NCBI RefSeq assembly: GCF_001017655.1
Contig: NZ_CP010904.1
Span: 2,490,001 to 2,522,000, forward strand
Origin: Kiritimatiella glycovorans
Lineage (GTDB): Bacteria; Verrucomicrobiota; Kiritimatiellia; Kiritimatiellales; Kiritimatiellaceae
Reading direction: 5' to 3'
Length of the DNA stretch: 32,000 nt
The notes under the pieces are model-generated. The model made no database searches, was not told where the DNA came from, and was given only the letters and a program-made list of their open reading frames with translations. Shown piece by piece: positions 1 through 7,756 of the stretch; position 1 is the stretch's first letter; every line of letters starts with the position of its first letter. The translations under genes were made by a program, and so were the position numbers.

Positions 1-456
1 CAATACGAACGCAGATTTCTTGTGGAGCGGCTGCCCGACCTCGCGGGGACGGCGGGCGAGCGCGTGGTGCAGGGATATTTCTATTTCGACCGCGGCGTCG
101 GGCGGGTACGGCTGGCGGGCGGCGACCGGGCGTACCTGGCGCTGAAGTGTCCGGGAGAGGCGGGCACGCATCATGAATTCGAATACCCGCTGCCGCCGGA
201 CGACGCGCGGGAGATGCTGGAACGGCTCTGCGAGACGCCGTGGATCGATAAGACGCGCTACCGCCTGCCTCACGCGGGCAGGATCATCGAATTGGACTGC
301 TTTCACGGCGCTTACGAGGGACTCATGATCGCGGAACTGGAGACGAGGCCCGGCGAGGAGGCCGTCGGGTCCCTTCCGGCGTGGGTCGGCGAGGAGATCA
401 CCGGCCAGCACCGCTGGTCGAACGCCGGCCTCGTACGTGCGGGGCAGCGCGCATGA
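1..456 (+). CDS. CYTH-domain protein (triphosphate tunnel metalloenzyme family); N-terminus cut by window edge
   Basis: The frame is open from nt 1 (QYERRFLVERLPDL...). This is the CYTH N-terminal strand that normally carries the ExExK motif. Size (~150 aa) and alternating beta-strand pattern (RVRLAG..AYLALK, HEFEYPL, IIELDCF...GLMIAELE) fit the family. The TGA stop at 454-456 overlaps the tilS ATG (ATGA). Confidence 0.65.
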   Translation, partial: QYERRFLVERLPDLAGTAGERVVQGYFYFDRGVGRVRLAGGDRAYLALKCPGEAGTHHEFEYPLPPDDAREMLERLCETPWIDKTRYRLPHAGRIIELDCFHGAYEGLMIAELETRPGEEAVGSLPAWVGEEITGQHRWSNAGLVRAGQRA

Positions 457-1877
457 AGGTCTTCGATCAGGTGCGCGCCTCCCTGAAGCAGAGCGGTTTT
501 GCGGGGCGCGGGGCCACGATCGCGCTGGCCGTATCGGGCGGAGCGGACTCGGTCTTCCTTCTCCACGCCCTCCATTTTCTGGCCGCGCCGCTCGACCTGC
601 GCCTCTGCACGCTGCACCTCCATCACGGTATCCGGCCGCGCGGGGCGGAACAGGATCTCCGCCTGGTCCGGGCGCTCTCCTGGCGGCTCGGCATCCCCTG
701 CTTCAGCGCGCGGCGCGACGTCCCCGCCCTTGCGGAATCCGAAAACCTTTCCATCGAGATGGCCGCACGGCGGGCGCGGCGGGATTTCTTCACCGACGCC
801 GGCCGGCGGCTGGAGATCGACGCCGTCGCACTCGGGCATACCGCCGACGACCGGGTGGAATCGGTGCTGCTGAAACTGAGCCGCGGGACCGGACTGCGCG
901 GGCTGGCGGGCATGCGGCCCGTACACCGCGAGGATGCGCTTACGCTGCTCCGCCCGCTGCTCGACGTCCGGCGCGAGGAACTGGTCGCCGTCCTGCACGC
1001 ACACCGCATCCCGTGGCGCGAGGATACCACCAACCGCGATCGGAAGATTCCGCGCAACATGGTTCGCCACCGCATCCTGCCCGAGATCGAGCAACGGCTC
1101 CATCCGGCCTTCCGGGAAAACGTCCTGCGCAGTCTCGACATCCTCCGCGAAGAAGAGGCCTGGCTCTCCGACATGGCGCTCGGGCTCATGAAATCCGTCA
1201 CCGCACCGCGCCGCGGACAGCTCCTGGCCGAACGCCTGCGCGCCTACCCGGTCGCCGCCCGCCGCCGCATGCTGCAGGCCTGGCTGCACGAATGTGAAGT
1301 CGAAGTGGACGCACTGTCCTTCGAGACCCTCGAGCGCATCGATGCGCTCTGCGCCCACGACCGCGGCACGCGCTCCGTCCCGCTCAGAGGGACGCTGCGG
1401 GTCGTCAACCAGTACGGCAAACTGCGCGTCGCGCGTCGCGGGGAGCGCCGCAGGGCCGGGTTCCGGACGGAGATCCAGGTGGAGGGGGAGACCTGGCTGC
1501 CCGGTCCCGGGCTGCATGTGGCGGCGCGTTTCGGGCGCGGCATTCAGCGCGACCGCGCCCGACGCATCGGCGAATTCCCCGCGCGGGCCTCGATCAGCCG
1601 CAAGGCGGTGGGCGGGCACCCTCTGACCGTCCGCTCCTTCCGTGAAGGCGACCGCATGCGCCCGCTCGGCTCGGGCGGCACGCGCAAGCTCCAGGACATC
1701 TTCACCGACGCCAGGGTCCCGCGCGAGGAGCGGACGCAGATCCCGCTCGTCGAATGCCGCGGCGAAATCGTATGGATCCCGGGCTTTCGCATCGCCGAAA
1801 ACTGGAAACTACACGACCCGCGCCAGAAAGCCGTGTGGCTCTCCATCGACCGCAAAGGGCCGGAAGAGGACGGCTGA
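453..1877 (+). CDS. tilS: tRNA(Ile)-lysidine synthetase
   Basis: PP-loop ATPase motif SGGADS (IALAVSGGADSVFLLH), then LGHTADD. C-terminal TilS substrate-binding domain (REGDRMRPLGSGGTRKLQDIFTDARVPREERTQIPLV...IVWIPG). I chose the ATG at 453, not 381, because it gives the usual distance to the PP-loop and a 4-nt overlap with the upstream stop. Confidence 0.93.
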   Translation: MKVFDQVRASLKQSGFAGRGATIALAVSGGADSVFLLHALHFLAAPLDLRLCTLHLHHGIRPRGAEQDLRLVRALSWRLGIPCFSARRDVPALAESENLSIEMAARRARRDFFTDAGRRLEIDAVALGHTADDRVESVLLKLSRGTGLRGLAGMRPVHREDALTLLRPLLDVRREELVAVLHAHRIPWREDTTNRDRKIPRNMVRHRILPEIEQRLHPAFRENVLRSLDILREEEAWLSDMALGLMKSVTAPRRGQLLAERLRAYPVAARRRMLQAWLHECEVEVDALSFETLERIDALCAHDRGTRSVPLRGTLRVVNQYGKLRVARRGERRRAGFRTEIQVEGETWLPGPGLHVAARFGRGIQRDRARRIGEFPARASISRKAVGGHPLTVRSFREGDRMRPLGSGGTRKLQDIFTDARVPREERTQIPLVECRGEIVWIPGFRIAENWKLHDPRQKAVWLSIDRKGPEEDG

Positions 1878-1891
1878 GGAAAGAGAATGCT

Positions 1892-1920
1892 TTGTCAAAC
1901 CCCCGCCCTGTTGCTAGTCT
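1892..1920 (+). promoter_or_regulatory. possible sigma70-type promoter upstream of ftsH
   Basis: TTGTCA (1892-1897), 17 nt, TAGTCT (1915-1920). The -10 element is weak. A GGAG lies about 5 nt before the ftsH ATG. Pattern match only. Confidence 0.2.
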
Positions 1921-1953
1921 GGCCCGATTATTCAGCGATGGAAACGGAGTGTC

Positions 1954-3966
1954 ATGAACAATAATCCCGACAAAAAGACCCCGGCTCCGGAAGGCGGAGG
2001 CGGCGGAGGAAACAAGAAGAAGGCGGGGCCCCGCAGCCCGTTCAAGGGTTTTGCGGTCTGGTTCCTGCTGCTCGCGATGTTCCTGATGCTCTTCCAGGTC
2101 TTTTCGAAGGGGTTTGAAGAAGCCGAGCGGCTCTCGTATTACCCGGACTTCGTCAGGATGGTGGAAGACGGGGAGATTGCCCGCTGCGTCATCGTACAGG
2201 AGGTCTCCGGGCAGGAATACATCCGCGGCGAACTGACGCGTACCGACCCGGACACGGGCAAGCCGGAGCGCTTCCGCGTCGATGTGATCGTCGCCGAAAA
2301 CGTGCCCGACCCCGCATGGCTGCGCGAGAACGGGGTGGAATTCCGCTACGAGCAGCAGAACCCGCTGATCTTCCAGATCCTGACCGGCGTCCTGCCGTTT
2401 ATCCTCGTCCTCGGCCTGCTCTACTTCCTCTTCGCCCGCCAGGTCAAGATGGCCGGCAAAGGCGCCATGAGCTTCGGGAAGAGCAAGGCCAAGATGCTGG
2501 GGCGCGAGCGGGTCAGCATCACCTTCGATAATGTCGCCGGCGTGGACGAGGCCAAGGAGGAACTCAAGGAGGTCATCGACTTCCTCCGTGCGCCGAAGAA
2601 ATTCCAGAAGCTCGGCGGCAAGATTCCCAAGGGCGTGCTGCTCTCCGGACCGCCCGGTACGGGCAAGACCCTGCTCGCGAAGGCCGTCGCCGGCGAGGCC
2701 GAGGTGCCTTTCTTCTCGATCAGCGGCTCCGACTTCGTCGAGATGTTCGTCGGCGTGGGGGCCTCGCGGGTCCGCGACATGTTCGAGCAGGGCAAGGGCA
2801 ACGCCCCGTGTATCATCTTCATCGACGAGATCGATGCGGTCGGGCGCAGCCGGTTCTCCGGGATCGGCGGCGGGCACGACGAGCGCGAACAGACGCTGAA
2901 CGCGCTGCTGGCCGAGATGGACGGCTTCGACACCCAGGAGGGCGTGATCATCATCGCCGCCACCAACCGGCCGGACGTGCTCGACCCCGCCCTGCTCCGT
3001 CCGGGCCGCTTCGACCGGCAGGTGGTGGTCGATCTGCCCAAGCTCGAGGGGCGCACCAAGGTGCTCGCCATTCATACGCAGAAAATCAATCTCTCCCCGG
3101 ACGTCGATCTGCGGCTCGTCGCGCGCGGAACCCCGGGGTTCTCCGGCGCAGACCTCGCCAACCTGGTGAACGAGGCCGCCCTGCTGGCGGCCCGCCGGGA
3201 CGCGGAGGCGGTCGAGATGCAGGACATGGAGGAGGCCCGCGACAAGGTATGCTGGGGGCGCGAGCGGCGCAGTCACGTGTTCGACGAAGAGGAGAAGCGG
3301 CTGACCGCCTACCATGAAGCCGGCCATGCGATCGTGCTCTACCGCACCGACCAGACGGAGCCGCTGCACAAGGTCACCATCCTGCCGCGCGGGCGCGCGC
3401 TGGGCGCGACGATGCAGCTCCCGGAGAAAGACCGCTACACGGAGAGCCGCAAGCGCCTGCTGGGTATGCTCACCGGCCTGATGGGCGGACGGGCGGCGGA
3501 GGAAATCGTGTTCGGCGAAGTGACCACCGGCGGGCAGAACGACATCGCGCGCGCGACGCAGCTCGCCCGGGCGATGGTCTGTGAATTCGGCATGAGTTCG
3601 ACGCTCGGCCCCCGCAATTTCGGCGCCAACGAGGAGGTGCTCTTCCTCGGGCGCGAGATCAACCGCAGCCAGAACTACAGCGAAAAGACCGCCCGGGAGA
3701 TCGACGCCGAGATCTCGCGCATCCTGAACGAGGCACAGCAGCGCGCGATCGATATCCTCACCGCGGAGCGCGAGAAACTCTCCACGCTCGCGGAGACGCT
3801 GATCGAGCGTGAGACGCTGGACGGCCAGACGGTCGAGACGCTGATCGAAAAGGGCGAGCTGCCGGCGGAGGAGCCTTCGGACGAAGAGACGCAGCCCGTC
3901 GAGGAGCCCGGGGAGCCCTCGACGTCCGAGGACCCGGACAAGCCCGGGGACGGGCATCCCGGGTAA
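1954..3966 (+). CDS. ftsH: ATP-dependent zinc metalloprotease FtsH
   Basis: N-terminal TM segments, Walker A GPPGTGKT, Walker [11 protein letters not shown], the AAA second region of homology, and the zinc motif HEAGHA. An acidic C-terminal tail follows. Confidence 0.97.
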   Translation: MNNNPDKKTPAPEGGGGGGNKKKAGPRSPFKGFAVWFLLLAMFLMLFQVFSKGFEEAERLSYYPDFVRMVEDGEIARCVIVQEVSGQEYIRGELTRTDPDTGKPERFRVDVIVAENVPDPAWLRENGVEFRYEQQNPLIFQILTGVLPFILVLGLLYFLFARQVKMAGKGAMSFGKSKAKMLGRERVSITFDNVAGVDEAKEELKEVIDFLRAPKKFQKLGGKIPKGVLLSGPPGTGKTLLAKAVAGEAEVPFFSISGSDFVEMFVGVGASRVRDMFEQGKGNAPCIIFIDEIDAVGRSRFSGIGGGHDEREQTLNALLAEMDGFDTQEGVIIIAATNRPDVLDPALLRPGRFDRQVVVDLPKLEGRTKVLAIHTQKINLSPDVDLRLVARGTPGFSGADLANLVNEAALLAARRDAEAVEMQDMEEARDKVCWGRERRSHVFDEEEKRLTAYHEAGHAIVLYRTDQTEPLHKVTILPRGRALGATMQLPEKDRYTESRKRLLGMLTGLMGGRAAEEIVFGEVTTGGQNDIARATQLARAMVCEFGMSSTLGPRNFGANEEVLFLGREINRSQNYSEKTAREIDAEISRILNEAQQRAIDILTAEREKLSTLAETLIERETLDGQTVETLIEKGELPAEEPSDEETQPVEEPGEPSTSEDPDKPGDGHPG

Positions 3967-3991
3967 TGCGCCCTTTTTCAAGGAGGGCCCC

Positions 3992-4846
3992 ATGACCCCC
4001 CCCGCTGAATGGATCTGCCGCGGTCGCCGGGTGCGGACGGACGGTCCGCCGCTGGTGATGGGCGTGCTCAATGTCACGCCCGACTCCTTTTCCGACGGCG
4101 GACGCTATCTCGACCCGGACGCGGCGGTGGAGCATGCGCTGCGAATGGCGGCGGACGGCGCGGAGATCATCGACTGCGGCGCCGAATCGACGCGGCCGGG
4201 CGCGCGGGAGGTCCCGGCCGATGAGCAGATCCGCCGCGCCCTGCCGGTACTCCGTTCCCTGGCGCGCGCGACGGACGCCCTGATCTCCATCGACACGCGG
4301 TCCGCGGTGGTCGCCCGAGAGGCACTCGGCGCGGGCGCGCACATCGTCAACGACGTCTCCGCGCTGCGGCACGATCCCGCCATGGCCGCAACGGCGGCGG
4401 AGTTCGAGGCCGGGGTCGTGCTGATGCACATGCGCGGCACGCCGGAGACGATGCAGCGCGAAACCGGCTACACGGACGTGGCGGGGGAGGTGTGTGCGCA
4501 TCTCGAGCGGCGCGTTCACGCTGCGCGCGAAGCCGGCATTGCCGAGACGCGAATCGCCGTCGACCCCGGAATCGGATTCGGAAAGACCGCGGAACAGAAC
4601 GTCACGCTGCTGCGCGCCCTGCCCCGGCTGGTCGAGTCCGGGCGGCCGGTGCTCGTCGGCGCGTCGCGCAAGAGCTTCATCGGCCGCCTGCTCGACCGCC
4701 CCGCCGGCGAGCGCATGGCGGGCGGTCTCGCGGTCGCGCTGCATGCCGCGGCCCGCGGCGCCCGCATTATCCGCACGCACGACGTCAGGGAAACTTGCGA
4801 TGCGCTCCGCATATGGGCTACACTGGCCCGCGAGGGCAAGGAGTAA
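3992..4846 (+). CDS. folP: dihydropteroate synthase
   Basis: Pterin-binding signature VMGVLNVTPDSFSDGG, plus DCGAESTRPG, DPGIGFGK and GASRKSFIG. A Shine-Dalgarno sequence AAGGAGG sits 5-12 nt upstream of the ATG. Confidence 0.95.
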   Translation: MTPPAEWICRGRRVRTDGPPLVMGVLNVTPDSFSDGGRYLDPDAAVEHALRMAADGAEIIDCGAESTRPGAREVPADEQIRRALPVLRSLARATDALISIDTRSAVVAREALGAGAHIVNDVSALRHDPAMAATAAEFEAGVVLMHMRGTPETMQRETGYTDVAGEVCAHLERRVHAAREAGIAETRIAVDPGIGFGKTAEQNVTLLRALPRLVESGRPVLVGASRKSFIGRLLDRPAGERMAGGLAVALHAAARGARIIRTHDVRETCDALRIWATLAREGKE

Positions 4847-4891
4847 GTCCCGCCGCGGCGGGACAGGCGAAACAGGAAACCGGGGCGAAAG

Positions 4892-5725
4892 GTGCTGGAG
4901 AATCTGCAGTGGCCGGAGTGGGTCGGGATCGTGGAAATCCTGATCCTCGCCGCAGCCATTTATTATATACTCTTTTTTTTCCGGGGTACGCGCGGAGCGG
5001 CGGTGCTCTCCGGTCTCGTCATCTTCTTCGTCGCCACGATCTTCCTGACGCGCCTGTTCGATCTCGACGTGCTCAACTGGCTGGTGCAGCGCATGCTGGT
5101 CTATCTGGCCGTGGCCCTGGTGGTCATCTTTCAGCCCGAGATCCGCCGCGCGCTGGCGCAGCTCGGCCGCCGGTCCGCCTTTATGAACACGGGCTCGAAC
5201 CGCGAGGTCGTGGACACCGTGATCCAGGCGGCGGCCATGCTCTCGGACCGCAAGATCGGCGCCCTGATGGCGATTGAGCGCGAGATCGGGACGCGGGCGA
5301 TCCAGGAGACCGGCATCCGCATGGATGCGCATCTGACCCCTGAGCTGCTGGCCTCGATCTTTTTCCCGCAGACCCCGCTGCACGACGGCGGAGTGGTGAT
5401 CGCCGAACGGCGGCTGGCGGCCGCGGCCTGCCTGTTCCCGCTCTCCCAGCGCGAGGAGATCAGCCGCAAGCTGGGCACGCGCCATCGGGCGGCGATCGGA
5501 CTGACGGAGGAGACCGACACCGTGGTGCTCGTGGTCTCCGAGGAGACGGGCGTGATCTCCGTGGCGTACAACGGCCGGCTGCGCAGGGGACTGGAGGAAC
5601 CGCAGCTTCGCAGGGTGCTGAACTCGCTGCTGCGCCAGCGGCGCAGGGCCGGATTCCGCGCGAGCGCCGCGTCGGATCTCGCGTTTGATGAGGATGAGGA
5701 GGAAACGGGATTCAGCACGGAGTGA
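4892..5725 (+). CDS. cdaA: diadenylate cyclase CdaA (membrane-anchored DAC domain)
   Basis: Three N-terminal hydrophobic helices, then a DAC domain with TPLHDGGVVI and GTRHRAAIGLTEETD (the RHR motif). GTG start at 4892. Confidence 0.92.
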   Translation: MLENLQWPEWVGIVEILILAAAIYYILFFFRGTRGAAVLSGLVIFFVATIFLTRLFDLDVLNWLVQRMLVYLAVALVVIFQPEIRRALAQLGRRSAFMNTGSNREVVDTVIQAAAMLSDRKIGALMAIEREIGTRAIQETGIRMDAHLTPELLASIFFPQTPLHDGGVVIAERRLAAAACLFPLSQREEISRKLGTRHRAAIGLTEETDTVVLVVSEETGVISVAYNGRLRRGLEEPQLRRVLNSLLRQRRRAGFRASAASDLAFDEDEEETGFSTE

Positions 5726-6702
5726 ATCCCGGCGCACCGATGAAAGAACGCCTTAAAAAATTGCGCCGTCTGAGGATCCCCCACTTCGGACTGAAGCTGG
5801 TCTCGCTGCTGCTGGCGTTTTTGGCATGGCAGGGCGTCCGGGAGGCCACCAGTTACGAGACGAGGGTGTCGGACGTTCCGATCCGGATCGAGGTCCCGCC
5901 GGGGTGGTCGGTGCTGCGCCGCTCCTCGGAAACGGCGGACATCCGGTTCCGCGGTTCGCGTTCCGACATTCGCGAGCTGTCGGGGGGATTCGTGGAGGTG
6001 CGCTTCAGGCTGCAGAAAGTCCCCGAAGACCTGAGCGCCGAACTCGAAATTACACCGGACCAGATCGTCACCACCTCCGACGCCCGCCCCGTACAGGTCA
6101 GACCCGGACGGGTCAGCGTCGAGTTCGATCACGAGATCACGCGCCAGCTCCCGATCAAGCCCCGGCTGAAGGGCGACCTGCCCGAGGGACTCTCGGTCGA
6201 ACAGACCGTCTGCCGACCCGCCTCGGCCACGGTGCGCGGCCCCCGCTCGCGGCTCGACCAGGTCGAATACCTCCGCACTGAACCGATTGAACTGGGAGGG
6301 CACGTCAGCTCCTTCGCGACCGATGTGCCGGTCGTCCTGCCGGGACGACTGTGGGATGCCGAACTGGAACCCGCCCGGGCGCGCGTCCAGATCACCATTG
6401 CCAACCGGATCATGACCCGCACGTTCGAACGGATTCCGATCTATATTCTGCACGGCGGCGACGGCCGCTTCACGTTCAGCGTACACCCCTCCACGGCACG
6501 TCTGTCGGTGCGCGGGTCCGGGGGGCGTATCGAGAGCCTCAACTCCGAACGCATGCGACTCTACGTCGACTGTTCCGGCATCGACGAAGCGGCCACCTAT
6601 GAATTACCCATTGAAACCGACCTTCCCGCGGGGATAGAAAAGGTCGAAACCGTGCCGGATGCCGTCCGGGTCATCTGCGAAACCGGGAAGACAAAACCAT
6701 GA
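5722..6702 (+). CDS. cdaR: CdaR-like YbbR-domain protein (CdaA regulator)
   Basis: A single N-terminal TM (LKLVSLLLAFLAWQGV) followed by repeated YbbR-like beta modules (V.V.P..V.V.GP...L). It lies directly after cdaA with a GTGA overlap. An alternative ATG start is at 5740. Confidence 0.78.
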   Translation: MNPGAPMKERLKKLRRLRIPHFGLKLVSLLLAFLAWQGVREATSYETRVSDVPIRIEVPPGWSVLRRSSETADIRFRGSRSDIRELSGGFVEVRFRLQKVPEDLSAELEITPDQIVTTSDARPVQVRPGRVSVEFDHEITRQLPIKPRLKGDLPEGLSVEQTVCRPASATVRGPRSRLDQVEYLRTEPIELGGHVSSFATDVPVVLPGRLWDAELEPARARVQITIANRIMTRTFERIPIYILHGGDGRFTFSVHPSTARLSVRGSGGRIESLNSERMRLYVDCSGIDEAATYELPIETDLPAGIEKVETVPDAVRVICETGKTKP

Positions 6703-7601
6703 ATCTCTACAGCCGAATTTTTGCCGCGCTGCTGCTCGCCGCCGTGTTTACGGTGTACGCCCGGGACGCTGAAACAGAAGTACTGAACGAGGTGGATGCG
6801 CCCCTCGGGTCGGAAGAAGAGCCGGCTGAGCCCGATCTGCAAGTGGAACCGCGCGCCGGACTGCTTGAAGACCGGGAGACGCCGGAAAGTTCAGCCGAAG
6901 AGTCCCTGCCCGCCGGCCCGATGATCGAACCCGGGGAGGAGGAAACCGACGCTGACACGGACACGGACGCCGCACCCGCCCCGGAAGGGGAAGAGGAATT
7001 CGAGCCCGTACTGAGTCCGTTCCAGATCAAGCTCCGCGTAGGCCATCGGTATCGGTCGGGCGGGGAAAATGAGAAAGCCGTGGAGGCGTATCGCGCGGCG
7101 CTCGAACTCCAGCCCGACAGTTTCAGCGCGCGGTTCGGACTTGCCACCGTATACGCCGAAACGGGGGAATACGAGAAAGCGGAGCGCATGTTCCGCGAAC
7201 TGCTCGCCGAGCGGCCGCACGACTACCGCCTGATGAACAATCTCGGGTGGATCTACGCCACGGCCGAAGATCCTGAGGTCCGCGACGGGGATCGCGCCGT
7301 CCGTTACGGGCTGAAGGCACTGATGGAGGCGCCCGACGACTTCCACGTCTGGAGCACGCTCGCGGAGGCGCGCCTGATGAAGGGGGAATACACAAAGGCC
7401 GTGGCCAGCGCCCGCCAAGCCTTCACCCTCGCCCGGATGCAGACCAAAGACGAGGAACAGATCAAGTACTACTACAGTCAACTCCAGAAATGCCGCCACG
7501 CACTGAACGCCAAGGAATTCCTGGAACAGCCCGGGGATGCAAACCCGGAACCGGAAATCGACGCCGAGCCCGAAACGGCACCACAAACCGTATTGCCGTA
7601 A
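6699..7601 (+). CDS. secreted TPR-repeat protein with acidic low-complexity linker
   Basis: Signal peptide MNLYSRIFAALLLAAVFTVYA, an E/D/P-rich stretch, then TPR-like helices (GENEKAVEAYRAALELQPD, GEYEKAERMFRELLAERPHD, GEYTKAVASARQAF). Its ATG overlaps the cdaR stop (ATGA). Confidence 0.7.
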   Translation: MNLYSRIFAALLLAAVFTVYARDAETEVLNEVDAPLGSEEEPAEPDLQVEPRAGLLEDRETPESSAEESLPAGPMIEPGEEETDADTDTDAAPAPEGEEEFEPVLSPFQIKLRVGHRYRSGGENEKAVEAYRAALELQPDSFSARFGLATVYAETGEYEKAERMFRELLAERPHDYRLMNNLGWIYATAEDPEVRDGDRAVRYGLKALMEAPDDFHVWSTLAEARLMKGEYTKAVASARQAFTLARMQTKDEEQIKYYYSQLQKCRHALNAKEFLEQPGDANPEPEIDAEPETAPQTVLP

Positions 7602-7756
7602 GAGGCGGATCCTGCGGGGTTCTTATCGGGTTCGCCGTCGACATCGAGCTCGGATGCGACCCGACAGCGATCTTTCACAACATCTTACTCATCATTACCA
7701 CATCCGGGATCTTTTCACCTTATGCTAACCCGGCGCTGACTTACTTCTAACCGTTC

